Shown here: one piece after another, positions 1 to 12,812 of the stretch
Layout of the letters: each line of letters opens with the position of its first letter
Numbering within the stretch: position 1 is the first letter of the stretch
Assembly (NCBI GenBank): GCA_951406725.2
Contig: OX597830.1
Span: 5,952,001-6,016,000 of the forward strand
Direction: 5' to 3'
DNA from: Octopus vulgaris
Lineage: Eukaryota
Length of the DNA stretch: 64,000 nucleotides
Position numbers and translations under genes: made by a program
Notes under the pieces: generated by a model
What the model was told of the DNA's origin: nothing
The model's input: only the letters and a program-made list of their open reading frames with translations
The model's database searches: none

Positions 1-133
1 AAAGTATTTCTTAATCCTAGTACTTGTTCTATCGGTATCTCTTGCCGAACTGCTATGTTACTTAGACGTAAACACACCAACACTGGTTGTCAAGCGGTGA
101 TGAGGTATATAGAGACACACACATATACATAGA

Positions 134-194
<61 letters not shown>

Positions 195-326
195 GACGGG
201 CTTCTTTCAGTATCCGTTTACCAAATCCATTCACAAGGCTTTAGTCGGCCCAACGCTGTAGAAGAAGTAACTTGCCCAAGGTGCCACGCAGTGAGGCTGA
301 ACCTCGAACTATGTGGCTGAGAAGGA
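1..326 (-). mobile_element. SINE family B copy (tRNA-like head, internal (TA)n tract, conserved tail), partial
   Basis: acgacgggcttctttcagt...ttgcccaaggtgccacgcagtg at 193-300 and ctatcggtatctcttgccgaac...aaacacaccaacactggttgtcaagcg match many other copies in this window. Confidence 0.8.
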
Positions 327-341
327 AATATATATACCGGA

Positions 342-555
342 CAGTATTCCCTCGCCATATAGCGGTTCACCTATCGCGGTTTATTATAAAGGTTACGTCG
401 ATTCTTCCGTCTCCTGTATTTATTATAAAATAAAGATATACAAATTATAAAAAAATTATTATTATTATACAGTACAGTACTGTATTTACTTCGCGGATTT
501 TCACCTATCGCGGGAACGTAACACCGTAACACACGCGATAATCGAGGGATTACTG
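342..555. mobile_element. Tigger/pogo-like MITE
   Basis: Imperfect terminal inverted repeats cagtattccctcg / cgagggattactg followed by TA; internal repeat of ttcacctatcgcgg; no ORF. Confidence 0.65.
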
Positions 556-1002
556 TATAGCTTTTATCTTTTACTTGTTTCTGTCATTAGATTGCGGCCG
601 TGCTGGAGCACAACCATGAAGAATTTGTAGTCGAATGAAGCGACCAAAGTACTTCATTTTTCTTTTGCTAAACCTGGCACCTATCCTATCAGTCTCTTTC
701 GCTGAGGCTAGGAAGCAAGATCACATTTATATATATGTGTGTATATATATATACGATTAATAGCCTTCGCGTAAACCACTGGTTCGTTTTGTTCTCTTAC
801 TTTATTATCATCTTATAATCATCTCATAATAATGACCTTTATGACTCGTATTACTACTTCAGTCAATCTAAATGTATATATTTGTCACTACCTGTCATAA
901 ATAGCCTTTTTCTATTTGCAATATGCATTTTCGTTGATCTTTCATATTTTACCCTTACATTTCCACGTGCATTTTATATTTTCTTTTCGTAACATATTTC
1001 TA

Positions 1003-1051
<49 letters not shown>

Positions 1052-1055
<4 letters not shown>

Positions 1056-1237
1056 AAATTTATAGAAAGACAAAAGACGAAGACACGTGTAGGAACAATA
1101 AGTGAGTGTATTAGTTTGACACTCGGGGAAAATGGAAAGTCTTACGTTTCGAGGCTACGCTATGCAACAGAAAGGAATACGAAGAAATAAATATAGAGAA
1201 TGAAAATAAAATTGAGTTCAATGGTCCAACATAGCGA
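1052..1237 (-). mobile_element. Short hammerhead-bearing non-autonomous repeat (family D, CTGTT subfamily), degenerate
   Basis: Adjacent to (TA)n; minus strand reads ctttCTGTTGCatagcgtagcctcGAAACGTA; homologous to 11755-11912 and 22082-22282. Confidence 0.65.
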
Positions 1238-1506
1238 ATGATTCAAATATTTATCGATATTTATATAAAATTTGGGTGGGGAGGTTAATCACATTCAATG
1301 CGAGCCTATAGACATTTTAACATTAACGTCGGGTTCGCAATTATTGGACAAGCTGAAGAGGAGAGAAGTAAATAATCAAGTGGATCCTGGTTGGATTTGA
1401 ACACAGAACGTTATAAGTTTATGCTAAATTTTAGCCAGACGCTTTGCCATTTCTAAATAACAAAAATGTACACAAACGATGCCATTTTGCTATTTCCAAT
1501 GTTATT

Positions 1507-1720
1507 AGGGTGGTGAGGTGGCAGGATCGTTAAAACATCGGGCAATAAAAAGCCTTAGCAGCATATTGTCCATCTTGACACTCGGAATTCACATTCTGTC
1601 TAGATCGACCATTGGGGTCGATAAAATAAGTACCAGCTGAGTGCTGGGGTCGGTGTAATCTACTTACACCCACCCCACATACATGAAATTGCTGGTCTGG
1701 GACCAAAATTTGAAACAGAT
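1507..1720 (+). mobile_element. SINE family A, degenerate copy
   Basis: ggtggtgaggtggcaggatcgtta...ggggtcgataaaataagtaccag...ctggggtcg matches intact copies at 21196-21426 and 60030-60260. Confidence 0.7.
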
Positions 1721-2261
1721 ATTTCTGCTTTTATGATTGTAACAAATCGACAGAGACGTTAAAACAACGGCTGAAATACGTTGTGGTATATATACTCCGG
1801 TGCTTGCTTTGCTTTCTGAGTTCAAATCCCGCTGAGTCAACTTTGTTTCATTCTTCCTGGATCAATATATAAAAATACTAGCCAAGGTTGTTGAATTACT
1901 ACACATCTTTGGTTAAAATCTCAGCCAGGAATTGGTAGAAGAAACATTGTCTCATAATTATTTTCATACCCGTCGACCGATTACTATCGTAAGACTCAGC
2001 CAAAACACCAAATCAATCACTTCCGAATTGATATAACATCGTTTTCCATCGAATACGGTGCCATACAATTTCCGTCAATCCAATTTAACTGCAAAAAGTG
2101 CTTGTTGTGGGATTAAATGCACTGTAAAATGTGACGCGTAGTGGAGTTTGGGGTCTAAACGTATGTATAGCAAAGTAGAATAGCATCAGGTGCCAAGCAG
2201 GTGCCAAATAGGTGCCAAGTGGTGGGATCAAACCTGAAAGCTTGTTGTTGTTTAACAAATC

Positions 2262-2380
<119 letters not shown>

Positions 2381-2423
2381 TAAATAAATGGAGTTGAACG
2401 AAGATGTTATTAAAATTCTTTTA

Positions 2424-2506
2424 CTTTCGACATATGTTTCGAAGACAACATTGGTTTTATTCCAAAGGAATAAATGGTGTAAAATACAATCTTCTCATCA
2501 GGAAAG
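2424..2506 (-). ncRNA. Type I hammerhead ribozyme, canonical core
   Basis: Minus strand: ctttc CTGATGA gaaga [insert with tttattcc-ttt-ggaataaa hairpin] tcttc GAA ACATATGT C gaaag; stems I and II are perfect 5-bp helices, stem III is palindromic, triplet is GUC. Confidence 0.85.
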
Positions 2507-2955
2507 AAAGAGAGCCTATGTCAACAACAAGACATTATAACAAATACGATGACTGCCTAAATGATAAACAGAACGTTATTAAGTATTTAGAAAAAAAAAC
2601 CTTTAGTAGATTTGACGTCAAAGGCAGATACTAGAAAGAGAAGGGTTAAAGAAATAATAAGTAGAGAACAAATAGAGAGGGATACGTTGGTTGAAAAAAT
2701 GTTCAAAGGCTTAGAAGGAGATTTCTCCATTGAAGTAAAGTGCAAGTTTAACTGTTCAAACTATAAAGACTGGCGAAATCATTTATATGAGTAAAAAGTA
2801 TGTTTCTGTCAGTGTTTACATTTGTAAGATCGCTCTATAAGTGTGTTAACAATGTGATTCTTAGAGAAGTGAATATGGAAGAGTTCAGAGTTGGTAACAG
2901 TTTATTGAATTTTCCAAGTTAACGGTAAACAAAGGATAATTCATTCATCCATTTT

Positions 2956-3007
<52 letters not shown>

Positions 3008-3741
3008 TATTTTTTAATCTGGGTTCCTAATACTTTTAGAAACAATGTTATGTCATATAAAATTTTTCTGGAATCTCTGCGAATTATATTCACAATCCAA
3101 AACAGAACAAAATCAAAATCGGTTATAATATAATTTGTAAAGAATCTAAAGTTTAGCGTATTAAATCCTTCTAAATACAGTAATATTATTATATCAGATA
3201 ATTATAGATTAGTTCATGTTGGTTCTACGTTAGCAGATATTTAGTACAATATTTACCCGAACCAAAAGTTCTTCAATTCTATATTAACTTACCTCTTTCA
3301 GATTCGCGTTGTATTCTTCCTTAAAGTTTCATTCTGGAAATAAACGAAAATATCGCAAATAAAGTGAATTTCAATTTTACATGTGATTCCTACAAATTTA
3401 ATGAAGGATAGACGCCAGTTTTCTCTTTAGAAGTATAGCCACTGTAATATTGTGAAGAACAAAAAATTAACCAGATATTTTCTGTAAATGTCTTAGCAAT
3501 TTATGATAGTTTTTATCTACAGTAATATTTTCTACTATTGAATTATGCATTCCATATACAAGAGTGATCACGAAAGTAACGCAAAAGTGGATATAATTAT
3601 AATTATCAACAGATGTAGCTCGTTTAGATTGCACATGTTCGTAGAATAACACTTCTATCGTCTTTGTTGAAGGGGAATAGTGGAGAAACCATTGCCACAA
3701 AAAGACCGGACAGAACGAAATATGTGCGTGACCAGACACAT

Positions 3742-4168
3742 TTTTTTCTACGCTAGGCACAAAGCCCAAAATTTGGGGGAAGGGACCAGTAAATTAGATC
3801 GACCTCAGTACGCAACTGGTACTTAATGTATTGACCCCGAAAGGATGAAAGGCAAAGTCGACCCCGGTGGAATTTGAACTCAGAACATAAAGACAGACGC
3901 TAAGCATATCGCTCGACATGCTAACGTTTCTTGTTTCTTTATTGCTCGCAAAGGGGCTAAACATATAAGGGACAAACATGGACAGACAAACGGATTAAGT
4001 CGATTACATCTACCCCAGTTCGTAACTGGTACTTATTTAATCGACCTCGAAAGGATGAAAGGCAAAGTCGACCCCGGCGGAATTTGAACTCAGAACGTAG
4101 CGGCAGACGAAATACCGCTAAGCATTTTTCCCAGCGTGCTAACGTTTCTGCCAGCTCACCGCCTTACT
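3742..4168 (-). mobile_element. Dimeric SINE family A (tRNA-derived; central domain resembles the Meta/Sauria-SINE core)
   Basis: Two tandem monomers with B-box-like gagttcaaatt and core gtcgactttgcctttcatcctttcg; 9-bp direct repeat cagacacat at 3733-3741 and 4169-4177. Confidence 0.85.
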
Positions 4169-4926
4169 CAGACACATATTTTGAAACAAATTAGGCATTC
4201 CGGAAAATTTTGTTAGTCATTGGCTTCAAATCCACTCTAGTGCCTGTATCTGGTATCTTTGATTCCGGTCTTTTCTAAGGATGGGCAGACATCAAGGATG
4301 TGCATTTGATGATACACTTAAAGGGAAAGTAGCAGAAATTGGTACAAAGGAAACAGCTGAAGTATTCCAAAGAGGAGTAAGGAATTAGATTTAACAATGA
4401 TGCAGATACATCGCTTTTGATGGAAGCTAATAATACTCTAGTGTAGAGAAAATGTTACTCTCCAACATGTACAATTTAAATGATGTATTTCATTTAACTT
4501 TCTCACTGCGAAATTAAATTTCATGGTTCTTCCTGTAACGACATTAAATATCTACCAAAAATAGAATTGGTATTTTCTGCAAGTCACGTTGCCTCAATAA
4601 ACTTGATATCTCTCTGCAGAAAATAGTTTCAAACATGACATTCCTCAACAAAAGACAGCTCAGTATGTAAAACTGCTTTCCGTAGTAAAAGGTAATGAAA
4701 TTTTGAGTTGATATATCTGTTTTCCGTAGTAGAAGGCTTAATAAAAAGAAACGTGTGCCTACATTTACGATATTTTTAGACGAATTTTCAAACCAAACAC
4801 AATTAACTTTTAACATTTGCTTTGAATTAGATGTTTTTGCTGGAATCAACGAAACAATGCGACTTTTCAAATTCTAATTTTTAACATATTTAATTACAGA
4901 TAAATTTTAGATGAAGCATTTGTGAA

Positions 4927-5210
4927 GGACCGTGACTCGGTGGTTATAATATTCGGCTCACGATTGTGAGTTCGATACACAGTGACGAGTTGTGTCCTTG
5001 GGCAAGACACTTTATCTTAGGTTTCCCCACTGCACTCAAGCGTTGAAAATGACATGTACCAGTTTTTCAAAGGGCTAGCTTTGTAACATTCTCTGTCACG
5101 TTGAATCTTTCTTAGAACTATGTTAAGGTCAACCGTTATTTTTACGAGCTGGCTGTTCTCTAGATTGGATCAAATGGAAAACTCGTCCTCGCAACCAATG
5201 GAGTGCCATA
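4927..5210 (+). mobile_element. tRNA-derived SINE (family C), degenerate
   Basis: A-box-like gtgactcggtggt, B-box-like gagttcgatac, then gtccttgggcaagacactttat; similar to 25190-25450. Confidence 0.6.
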
Positions 5211-5864
5211 ATATCATACTAAGCATTTCCTCTTCAATTCTTTGCTGATCAGTAGCTGTTGCATTGACGCAGTTAGTGAGATATCAAATAAAATGTCTTG
5301 GCGTATTTAATTAAAACTTTAGCAAATTAAGATCAAATTGTAACAAGGTAATCTTCCCTTTTCATCATTCCGAGGCGGATAAAATAATTAACCAGTTATG
5401 TACTGGGATTTACTCAACCAACGGTCGGCTTTCACAAAATGTGCGTTCCACATTATTCGAAGGTAACACGAGACAACAATACCAACAGCAGCGGACTAGT
5501 AAAAGCCATTCTCTGTAATTAAGTGAACAGCTAAATCCACTTCTTAAATTTCCCTCAAATCAAACTTAAGGGTTTTAATAAAAATAGAATTAGACACCTG
5601 ACGCTGTAGTTCTTTGAATGAAAAAGTTTGACGGTGGTGGGTGGAATGCTTTTAATGATGAATTAACACACCCATATCTAGCCTGCTCTTCAACAAAAAC
5701 AACAACTACAAACTACTCCAAATTTTGAAATAACTGGTTTGGGGCTGGACAGGCCGTGTGGCAAGATGTTTGCTTTCCAACAACATGGTTACAGGTCGAC
5801 CAAAGCTTTGTGAATGAATCCGGTAGAAGGAAACTGAAAGAAACCTGTCACGCGTGTATATATG

Positions 5865-5945
<81 letters not shown>

Positions 5946-5947
<2 letters not shown>

Positions 5948-6137
5948 TTAATCCCCAAAATACGAATATAAAACACAAGCAAAAAACAACAACGCGAGTA
6001 CGTGGTACATGCAAAGTGTTAAAAGACGCTCAGGAAAGGAAAGAAAGAGTGTTTTACGTTTCGAACAAAGCTCTTCTTCAGAAACAGGAGACATAGGAAT
6101 GTCCAAGAGAAAAGGAAAACGGAGGGAAAAAAATCTA
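5946..6137 (-). mobile_element. Short hammerhead-bearing non-autonomous repeat (family D)
   Basis: Homologous to 7805-7985 and 29778-29978; next to (TG)n; contains the hammerhead at 6051-6085. Confidence 0.75.
6051..6085 (-). ncRNA. Minimal type I hammerhead ribozyme
   Basis: Minus strand: gttt CTGAAGA A gagc-ttt-gttc GAA ACGT A aaac; 4-bp stem I, 4-bp stem II, palindromic ACGU in place of stem III, GUA triplet. Confidence 0.8.
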
Positions 6138-6140
6138 GCA

Positions 6141-6187
6141 AAAACTGTCCGATGAACGGCAACGTGAAACTCAGAGTAACAGGTTTT
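6141..6187 (+). ncRNA. Type I hammerhead ribozyme variant (U4C core)
   Basis: aaaa-ctgt CCGATGA acg-gcaa-cgt GAA ACTC-A-GAGT A acag-g-tttt; all three stems pair and stem II has a GNRA loop. Confidence 0.75.
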
Positions 6188-6303
6188 GTTGAATTTTCTG
6201 CTGCTTTAAATAAAGCATATTACTCTACCACTGGTATTTGAGTACTCTTTTTTCCACCTTGTTTCACATTTTTGTGTGTACTCCGGTATATATATATATA
6301 TAT

Positions 6304-6885
6304 CTGCGGCTTTATATAGCTATGGTAAGACCTCACCTGGAATTTGCATCACCGGTCTGGAACCCCTATCTTGCCCAGGACATCAATCGTCTGGAAGCTG
6401 TTCAGCGACGTGCAACCAAAAGAATACCCTCCATCAGGCATTTGCCATATCCTGAACGCCTTACTTCCCTGGGCATGGACACATTGAAACTCCGACGTCT
6501 GGCAGCTGACTTGGCAGACACCCATAAAATTATCAACCATCGCACAAACAATAACTCTGAGCACCTCTTCAAACTCCACCCATCAAACACCCGTGGACAT
6601 ATTTACAAAGTAAGAAAACAGCACAGCTCCCATGACTTCAGGAAACATTTTTTCACGCTGAGAGTTGCTGAAGCGTGGAACAAACTGCCGGCATCGGTTG
6701 TTAGTTATCGGAGCACTGCATCCTTCAAAACTTCCATGCTTCCTGAGATTCGCCAACACTACACTTGATACACACACAAGCATGTTCACTTTCCAGACAT
6801 TTCTACACTACTGCATGTACTTTATATGCAATTTCTGACAAGTGGTGGTGCACCTGAGCACTGTATACAATAATTTCATTATATA
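6304..6885 (+). mobile_element. CR1-clade LINE 3' fragment (ORF2 C-terminus plus 3' UTR)
   Basis: LYIAMVRPHLEFASPVWNPY...LEAVQRRATK...LRRLAADL...TRGH...RKHFFTLRVAEAWNKLP are typical CR1 ORF2 C-terminal motifs; TA-rich flanks on both sides. Confidence 0.9.
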
Positions 6886-7184
6886 TTATATATATATCTT
6901 CTGCAAGTTCATTTATGGGAAGCGTTTTTGAGTGAGCTCATGAAAAGCTGCTAATGGATTTCCATTCTAAAGTTTTTGTTATTAATATGTGTGTGTATGT
7001 TGGTATCTGTGTGTGTTTGTGTCTGTGTGTGTGTGTACCTATGTATAAATATCAGGCTTAAAAAAAAATAAAGTACTAGGATCGATTCATTCGCCAAAAA
7101 TCCTCAAGGTGGTGCCCCAGCATGGCAAAAGGCTAATGAATGGAACAAGTAAAAGATGAAAGATAAAAACTTCGGATGGAATAT

Positions 7185-7290
7185 GGTCAAATGTTGATAA
7201 AGTTCGCTTTGCAATCTCAAAGAAGTTGTGCTCTGAAACCACGGCGCAGCTGCTACTACGACCGCTGCTGCTACGCACTATCTCATTAAA
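7185..7290 (+). mobile_element. Possible hAT (Buster/Charlie-like) transposase C-terminal relic
   Basis: NVDKVRFAISKKLCSETTAQ followed, after a short insertion, by cta-tct-cat-taa (LSH*), resembling the Buster C-terminus. Confidence 0.3.
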
Positions 7291-7804
7291 ATAAGTTTGA
7301 TTATTTAGTGCATTGTTTGGCCGAGCATAGTTTCTATTTTGTTATTCACAATAATATGAATAATAACACTGTAAATACAATATAAATACGTATTTTATGT
7401 AATTTAGAATGTATTTGCACATGAAGAACTACAAATTGCTTTTCTTCGTATATTTAATATTCTTCCAGTTATAAAGTTATTAATAATGATAAAAAAGAAT
7501 TAACCATAAAATATATTTCATGTAACTTAATAATTAAATAATATAAATTATTTGGTCTGATATTGCTACAGTTCTACCATTTGTAGTACGAAATATAATG
7601 ACAAAAATATGATATAAAATATAACCGAAAGAATATGTGTAATGTATAATTAAAACTGTCTAGCGAAAAATAGAATAATTCGCACATTGGAGGGTGTGAT
7701 ACTCGTTGAGTTAGTTGATTTGAACTCCTAAGTGAACACGGGTTGTACTCTGGGTCAAAGTAGGGTAGCTGTAGTCTCGCTTTCTCGAATGGTAGCGTCA
7801 AAGA

Positions 7805-7985
7805 GGTATATTGTGAATCCAAACAAAGAAGAACAAACAAGAAAAAACAAGAAGTACTGTATTATCAAACGCTCAGGAAAGGAAGGAAAGAGGATTTAAC
7901 GTTTTGAGCCAAGCTCTTCATCAGAAATAGAGGGAAGTCCAAAGGAAAGGAAGACGGAGGAAGAAAATCGCCAACGACTCACATT
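7805..7985 (-). mobile_element. Family D repeat with hammerhead at 7894-7928 (G12A)
   Basis: Minus strand: attt CTGATGA A gagc-ttg-gctc AAAA CGTT aaat. Confidence 0.75.
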
Positions 7986-8225
7986 ATATACTGCACGCTT
8001 ATACAGACCCTGGCCCTCTGAGTGACTTTGGAGTACCTAATTCACAGAATTCTTCTACCTTCGTATTACTGTTCCTGTTCATTCGGATTACACCATTTCT
8101 GCACCTTGATAAGATATGCTTATTTTCCGGCAAAAAACTGCCGAAGTTTGCAATATAATTACAGGATATTTTTCAATTACATGAAGAAATACAGGATCTG
8201 AATACGTAATCGGTGAGTTGTAGAA

Positions 8226-8469
8226 ATACATACATACATACATACATTACATATATACATACATACATACATACATACATTACATACATACATACATACA
8301 TAGATACATACGTACATACATACATACATACATACATACATACATACATACATACATACATACATACATACATACATACATACGTACGTACATACATACA
8401 TACATACATACATACATACATACATACATACATACATACATACATACATACATACATACATACATACAT
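8226..8469. repeat. (TACA)n microsatellite
   Basis: Directly visible tetranucleotide array of about 240 bp. Confidence 0.98.
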
Positions 8470-9947
8470 GGGATATGCTATCAGTGTTGCTGTACAGAAC
8501 TGTGCATGTCGTAGATAACTTTAAAATGTGTTTGTTTACGTATGTTGATGTTAAGAAGCTGTGAGTTACAGAAGTGACGCTGCAGTCGTTGCATGCGAGT
8601 AGGAATCATTAACAGAAATAATCTCACTATGGCGGCAAGTGTCGAAATATTGCTGTGAAATGGTTAATGAAAGCTTCGGAAGTTACCTAGGTGAGAATAC
8701 AGGAAAATTTTTTTTAACAGAGAATCGAATCCTTGAATAAAGACTATGAGTTGGTGGTGAGGAGTAAGAACTGAGATAAGACGAAAAAGAAAATGATATT
8801 CCCATGTAATCACAGACGAGGAAATAGTAAAAGGTAAGACAAGTTAATCAGCGTGTAGCTTGATTAACGATGTATATAAACTATGTGTATGTCGACAGTA
8901 ATCTCTTTGTCAACGATCAAGCGTTGATAAAAATAACATTCCTACAAGAACTTGTATAAACTCTGGTGTCGACAAGTTAGATTTATCTTCATAAGGAAAA
9001 GACACCAACGTGAGATGAAGTTGCAGATAGCGAACAACGATGATTACGTTAACGCAATTGGAGATAATAAAACTTTCAAAACTGATGAGAGATAACATGG
9101 CGAAAGGAGGAAACTTAGAAGTGTTATAATAAATATCTTCACTTCGTCAGAGACATTATTGTTCCGCTGTGAGATATCGCGTAATATCTGAAAGAATGCA
9201 CTGAAAATTTCTTTTGATGTCCTCGTTCTTTTGAAGCCAGCTTCTGTAATGTACCGGTCATGATAATTGATTTATCGCCTAATCACGAGAAGAGAAATAC
9301 TTGAGATGGTAGTGGGAATGAGATGAGGGTGCGTGATGTTTATGCCTCACCCCGGGGCCATTAGTTCTATGAAAGAAGTAAGTACAGTCGACTTTGGCCG
9401 ATAATTGAAAACAGGTCACGATCTCGGATAAAAATGTTGGGAATTAGGTTTGTCGTTTTTCCCTTCAGTCAAAATAATAAATTAAGATTACTTCAGGTCC
9501 TGTAGTCTTGTAGTCGGCAACAAACGAAAGGAAATTTATAGAATATTAGGTCGTGAATTCAATAAAACAGAATTACACAGACAACCACACATAGACTCGT
9601 ACACAAATTTTATACATACATACATACATACATACATTACTTACGTACGTACATACATATATACACAAATATATATTTCCATATATACGTGGGTAGGTAG
9701 ATAGGTAGATAGACAGGGTGAGAAGGAGGGAGAGGGAGACAGAGAGAGACAGGCAGAGAGATGGAGAGATATAGAGATATACACACTAAAAAGGAGCGAA
9801 TAGAAAGGATGAATACACAATTGCAGAAAGGCGGATAAGCAATTCGTTCGGACAAAATGTTTATCTTCCTGGAATGAAAATTTTGTCGGTGTCAGGAAAT
9901 CAGCACCCACGTCTCCGACAATATTGGACTGATTTCTGGTCGGATAT

Positions 9948-9996
<49 letters not shown>

Positions 9997-9999
<3 letters not shown>

Positions 10000-10046
10000 A
10001 TGACAGTTTTCTTTGCGGAAAATAACACCTGAAACTAAGTTAGTAC
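9997..10046 (+). ncRNA. Truncated hammerhead relic
   Basis: CTGATGA ... TGAA ACTAA-G-TTAGT A; the 5' strand of stem I is replaced by (CA)n. Confidence 0.5.
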
Positions 10047-10066
10047 ATGGGTAATTATTTTATTTC

Positions 10067-10120
<54 letters not shown>

Positions 10121-10123
<3 letters not shown>

Positions 10124-10570
10124 GTCATCCCATAAATAATGCTGTTTTCTTAATTGCAAGTAGTAATTTGATCGTGCACTTATTCTTAGTGCAAGTTTTG
10201 AAGAGTGCAGTTCGATTTTAACAGTTATATTTTCAAAGTTAAAATGGAATTGACAAAGGAGAATATTCGGCATATTCTGCATTATGAGTTCAATAAAGTC
10301 AACAATGCAATGGCAAGTGCGAGGAATATTAATGCAGTATATGGGGATCGGACAATAAGTGTAAGCCAGTGTCAACGGGGGTTCCAGAAGTTCCAAGCCG
10401 GAAACTACATCCTAGAAGACAATCCACGTGGTGAAGAATCAGTAGAGCTTGATGATGACGTCTTGCAGACCCTGATGGAACAAAATCCCATCGTACCTGT
10501 TGGGGAACTAGCAGAAGAGCTTGGATTTGCTCATTCAACTATTCATCGGCACTTACGTGCCACCGGTAAA
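10121..10570 (+). mobile_element. mariner transposon 5' fragment (left TIR plus N-terminal HTH DNA-binding region)
   Basis: After (TA)n: ttgggtcatcccataaataatgc TIR-like end; MELTKENIRHILHYEFNK...ARNINAVYG...LEDNPRG...ELAEELG..HSTIHRHL resembles the Mos1/Hsmar1 N-terminus; catalytic domain absent. Confidence 0.9.
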
Positions 10571-10739
10571 GCTATCGGTGTACGCAATGAAACAACTGTT
10601 TTATGCAGTTGCGTGCCGTAGGAAGACAAGACGCTGTAGAGATGCCTGAGACAGTTGCTCAATTATTCCACAACATCTAGCTTTCTAACTGTGTGTATAC
10701 ATTTAGTATCATAAAAAGAAGGTAATATATATATGTATA

Positions 10740-10837
<98 letters not shown>

Positions 10838-11754
10838 GTATATATATATATACATATATATATACGTATATACGACTAGAGGGTAAAAGTTTTGCTAACA
10901 GATGAACGAAACAGAGAAACACTAAAATGAAAGAAATAGGTGAAAAATAATAAAATGCAAACAAAATATAAGAAAGAGAGTTGAGAAATATTATATTATT
11001 AACCAAAATGTGAAAGCTATAAATGAGAAAATTTTATCTAATAAAAGATGGCAAAGAAATTATTCTTCGATTCATTATGAGTATTGGAAATAACGAGGAG
11101 AGTATGGCAAATAAAATTTCAATATGACTGTTAAAAATAAATAAATTTTTTAGATTCAAAAATAGAATATTAAGATATTTAAATAAAGTAAAAACGAAAA
11201 AAGAATTAGCAAGAATTAGAGAAAATTATATAACGTTAATGTTACTTGTAACAGAGGGAAAAATATTTTAATGATGAAAATTAAAGTGTAAATAGTGTTA
11301 ATAATAATTGTGACAATAAGAAAAGGTGATGAAGAAAATAATGAAGATATCGGGTATAAGAATACCGGTGATGATTATGGCGGTAGTCGAAGCTGTGGGG
11401 CTGGAGATCATGATGATAATGATTATGATAATATTAATCTTTTCTGCTATAGGCACAAGGCCTGCAATTTTGGGGAAGGGATGATCGATTACATAGAGCC
11501 CAGCACTTGATTGGTACTTTCTTCATCGTTCCCGAAGAGATGGATGGGAAAGTCGACTACGGAGGAATTAAATATCGCGGATATGAAAAATGAAGATAGT
11601 TGATATAGTGCCAATTATTGGCCGCAATCTACTGATTGAAACAAATAAAAACGATACAAAAAACATATATATATATATATATTTAGACACACACACACAC
11701 ACTCACACACAAACATGCATATACATATGTATATATCGATATATATATATATAT

Positions 11755-12022
<268 letters not shown>

Positions 12023-12101
12023 TATATATACATACATAGATACATACAAATATATATAAATATATGCATATATATGTATATATATATGCATATATATATA
12101 T

Positions 12102-12153
<52 letters not shown>

Positions 12154-12775
12154 AAGAGAATTATGACGATATAAGCCAATTTGAAGCAATATGACATCTA
12201 TCATTGGCGACTCTCCCCCCGAAATAATTTATTTTCTAGACAAGAGAAGGTTGGAAAGGTTTGACAGTAATGAAACGACGGCTGGCTTTACCCGTCGTTC
12301 AAAGTCCAACATTCGATAATCAAAAACGCTAAACGCAATCATTGAAGCAACACCATATCCCGTGCCTGCCATGACATCTCGATAATTATTACCATTTCCT
12401 ATTACATTTTCAGTTCCCATGATGATTACGCCAATTCAACAGAAAGCCACACTTATATTCCATCGCAAACTAAGTCTAGACACGTCCACCATAACACAGC
12501 CGTAGATCGCCATTATTCTTAATATGACAAACTATGTCTCCGCTCTTATGCAAGTGTGTGTATTTCAGCGTGTGTGCGTGCATATGTGTGTGTGTATGTG
12601 TGTGTGTGTATGTGTGTGTGTGTGTGTGTGCGTGCGTCTAAGATGCTAGTCTTTCTTTATACTTATACTCTTTATACTTATATTCCTTTCTTTTCTTTCG
12701 ATACCAATCTTTCTTTCTTTCTACGCATGTATGTATGTGTGTATGTTTGTATTTATCTATTTATCCATCTCTCTA

Positions 12776-12812
<37 letters not shown>

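Larger units (their letters stand above)
5735..7165 (+). mobile_element. SINE family B split by nested insertions (head about 5735-5855, tail about 7050-7165)
   Basis: Head ggccgtgtggcaagatgtttgctttccaacaacatgg...ggaaactgaaagaaacc; tail ggtggtgccccagcatggc...gaacaagtaaaagatgaaag in the same orientation. Confidence 0.65.

Noticed and set aside
4301-4346. TTGATGA...GAAATTGGTA possible hammerhead relic (similar weak cases near 13290, 33859 and 57275)
   Set aside because: Too many mismatches in core and stems to distinguish from chance in AT-rich DNA.
3020-4900. Possible ancient Penelope RT remnants (GSTLADI on plus; YYGKQ-like on minus)
   Set aside because: The motifs are too short and interrupted to call without a profile search.
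8176-8212. attac-ATGAAGA...TGAA-tac-gtaat hammerhead-like string
   Set aside because: C3 is missing and there is no room for stem III.
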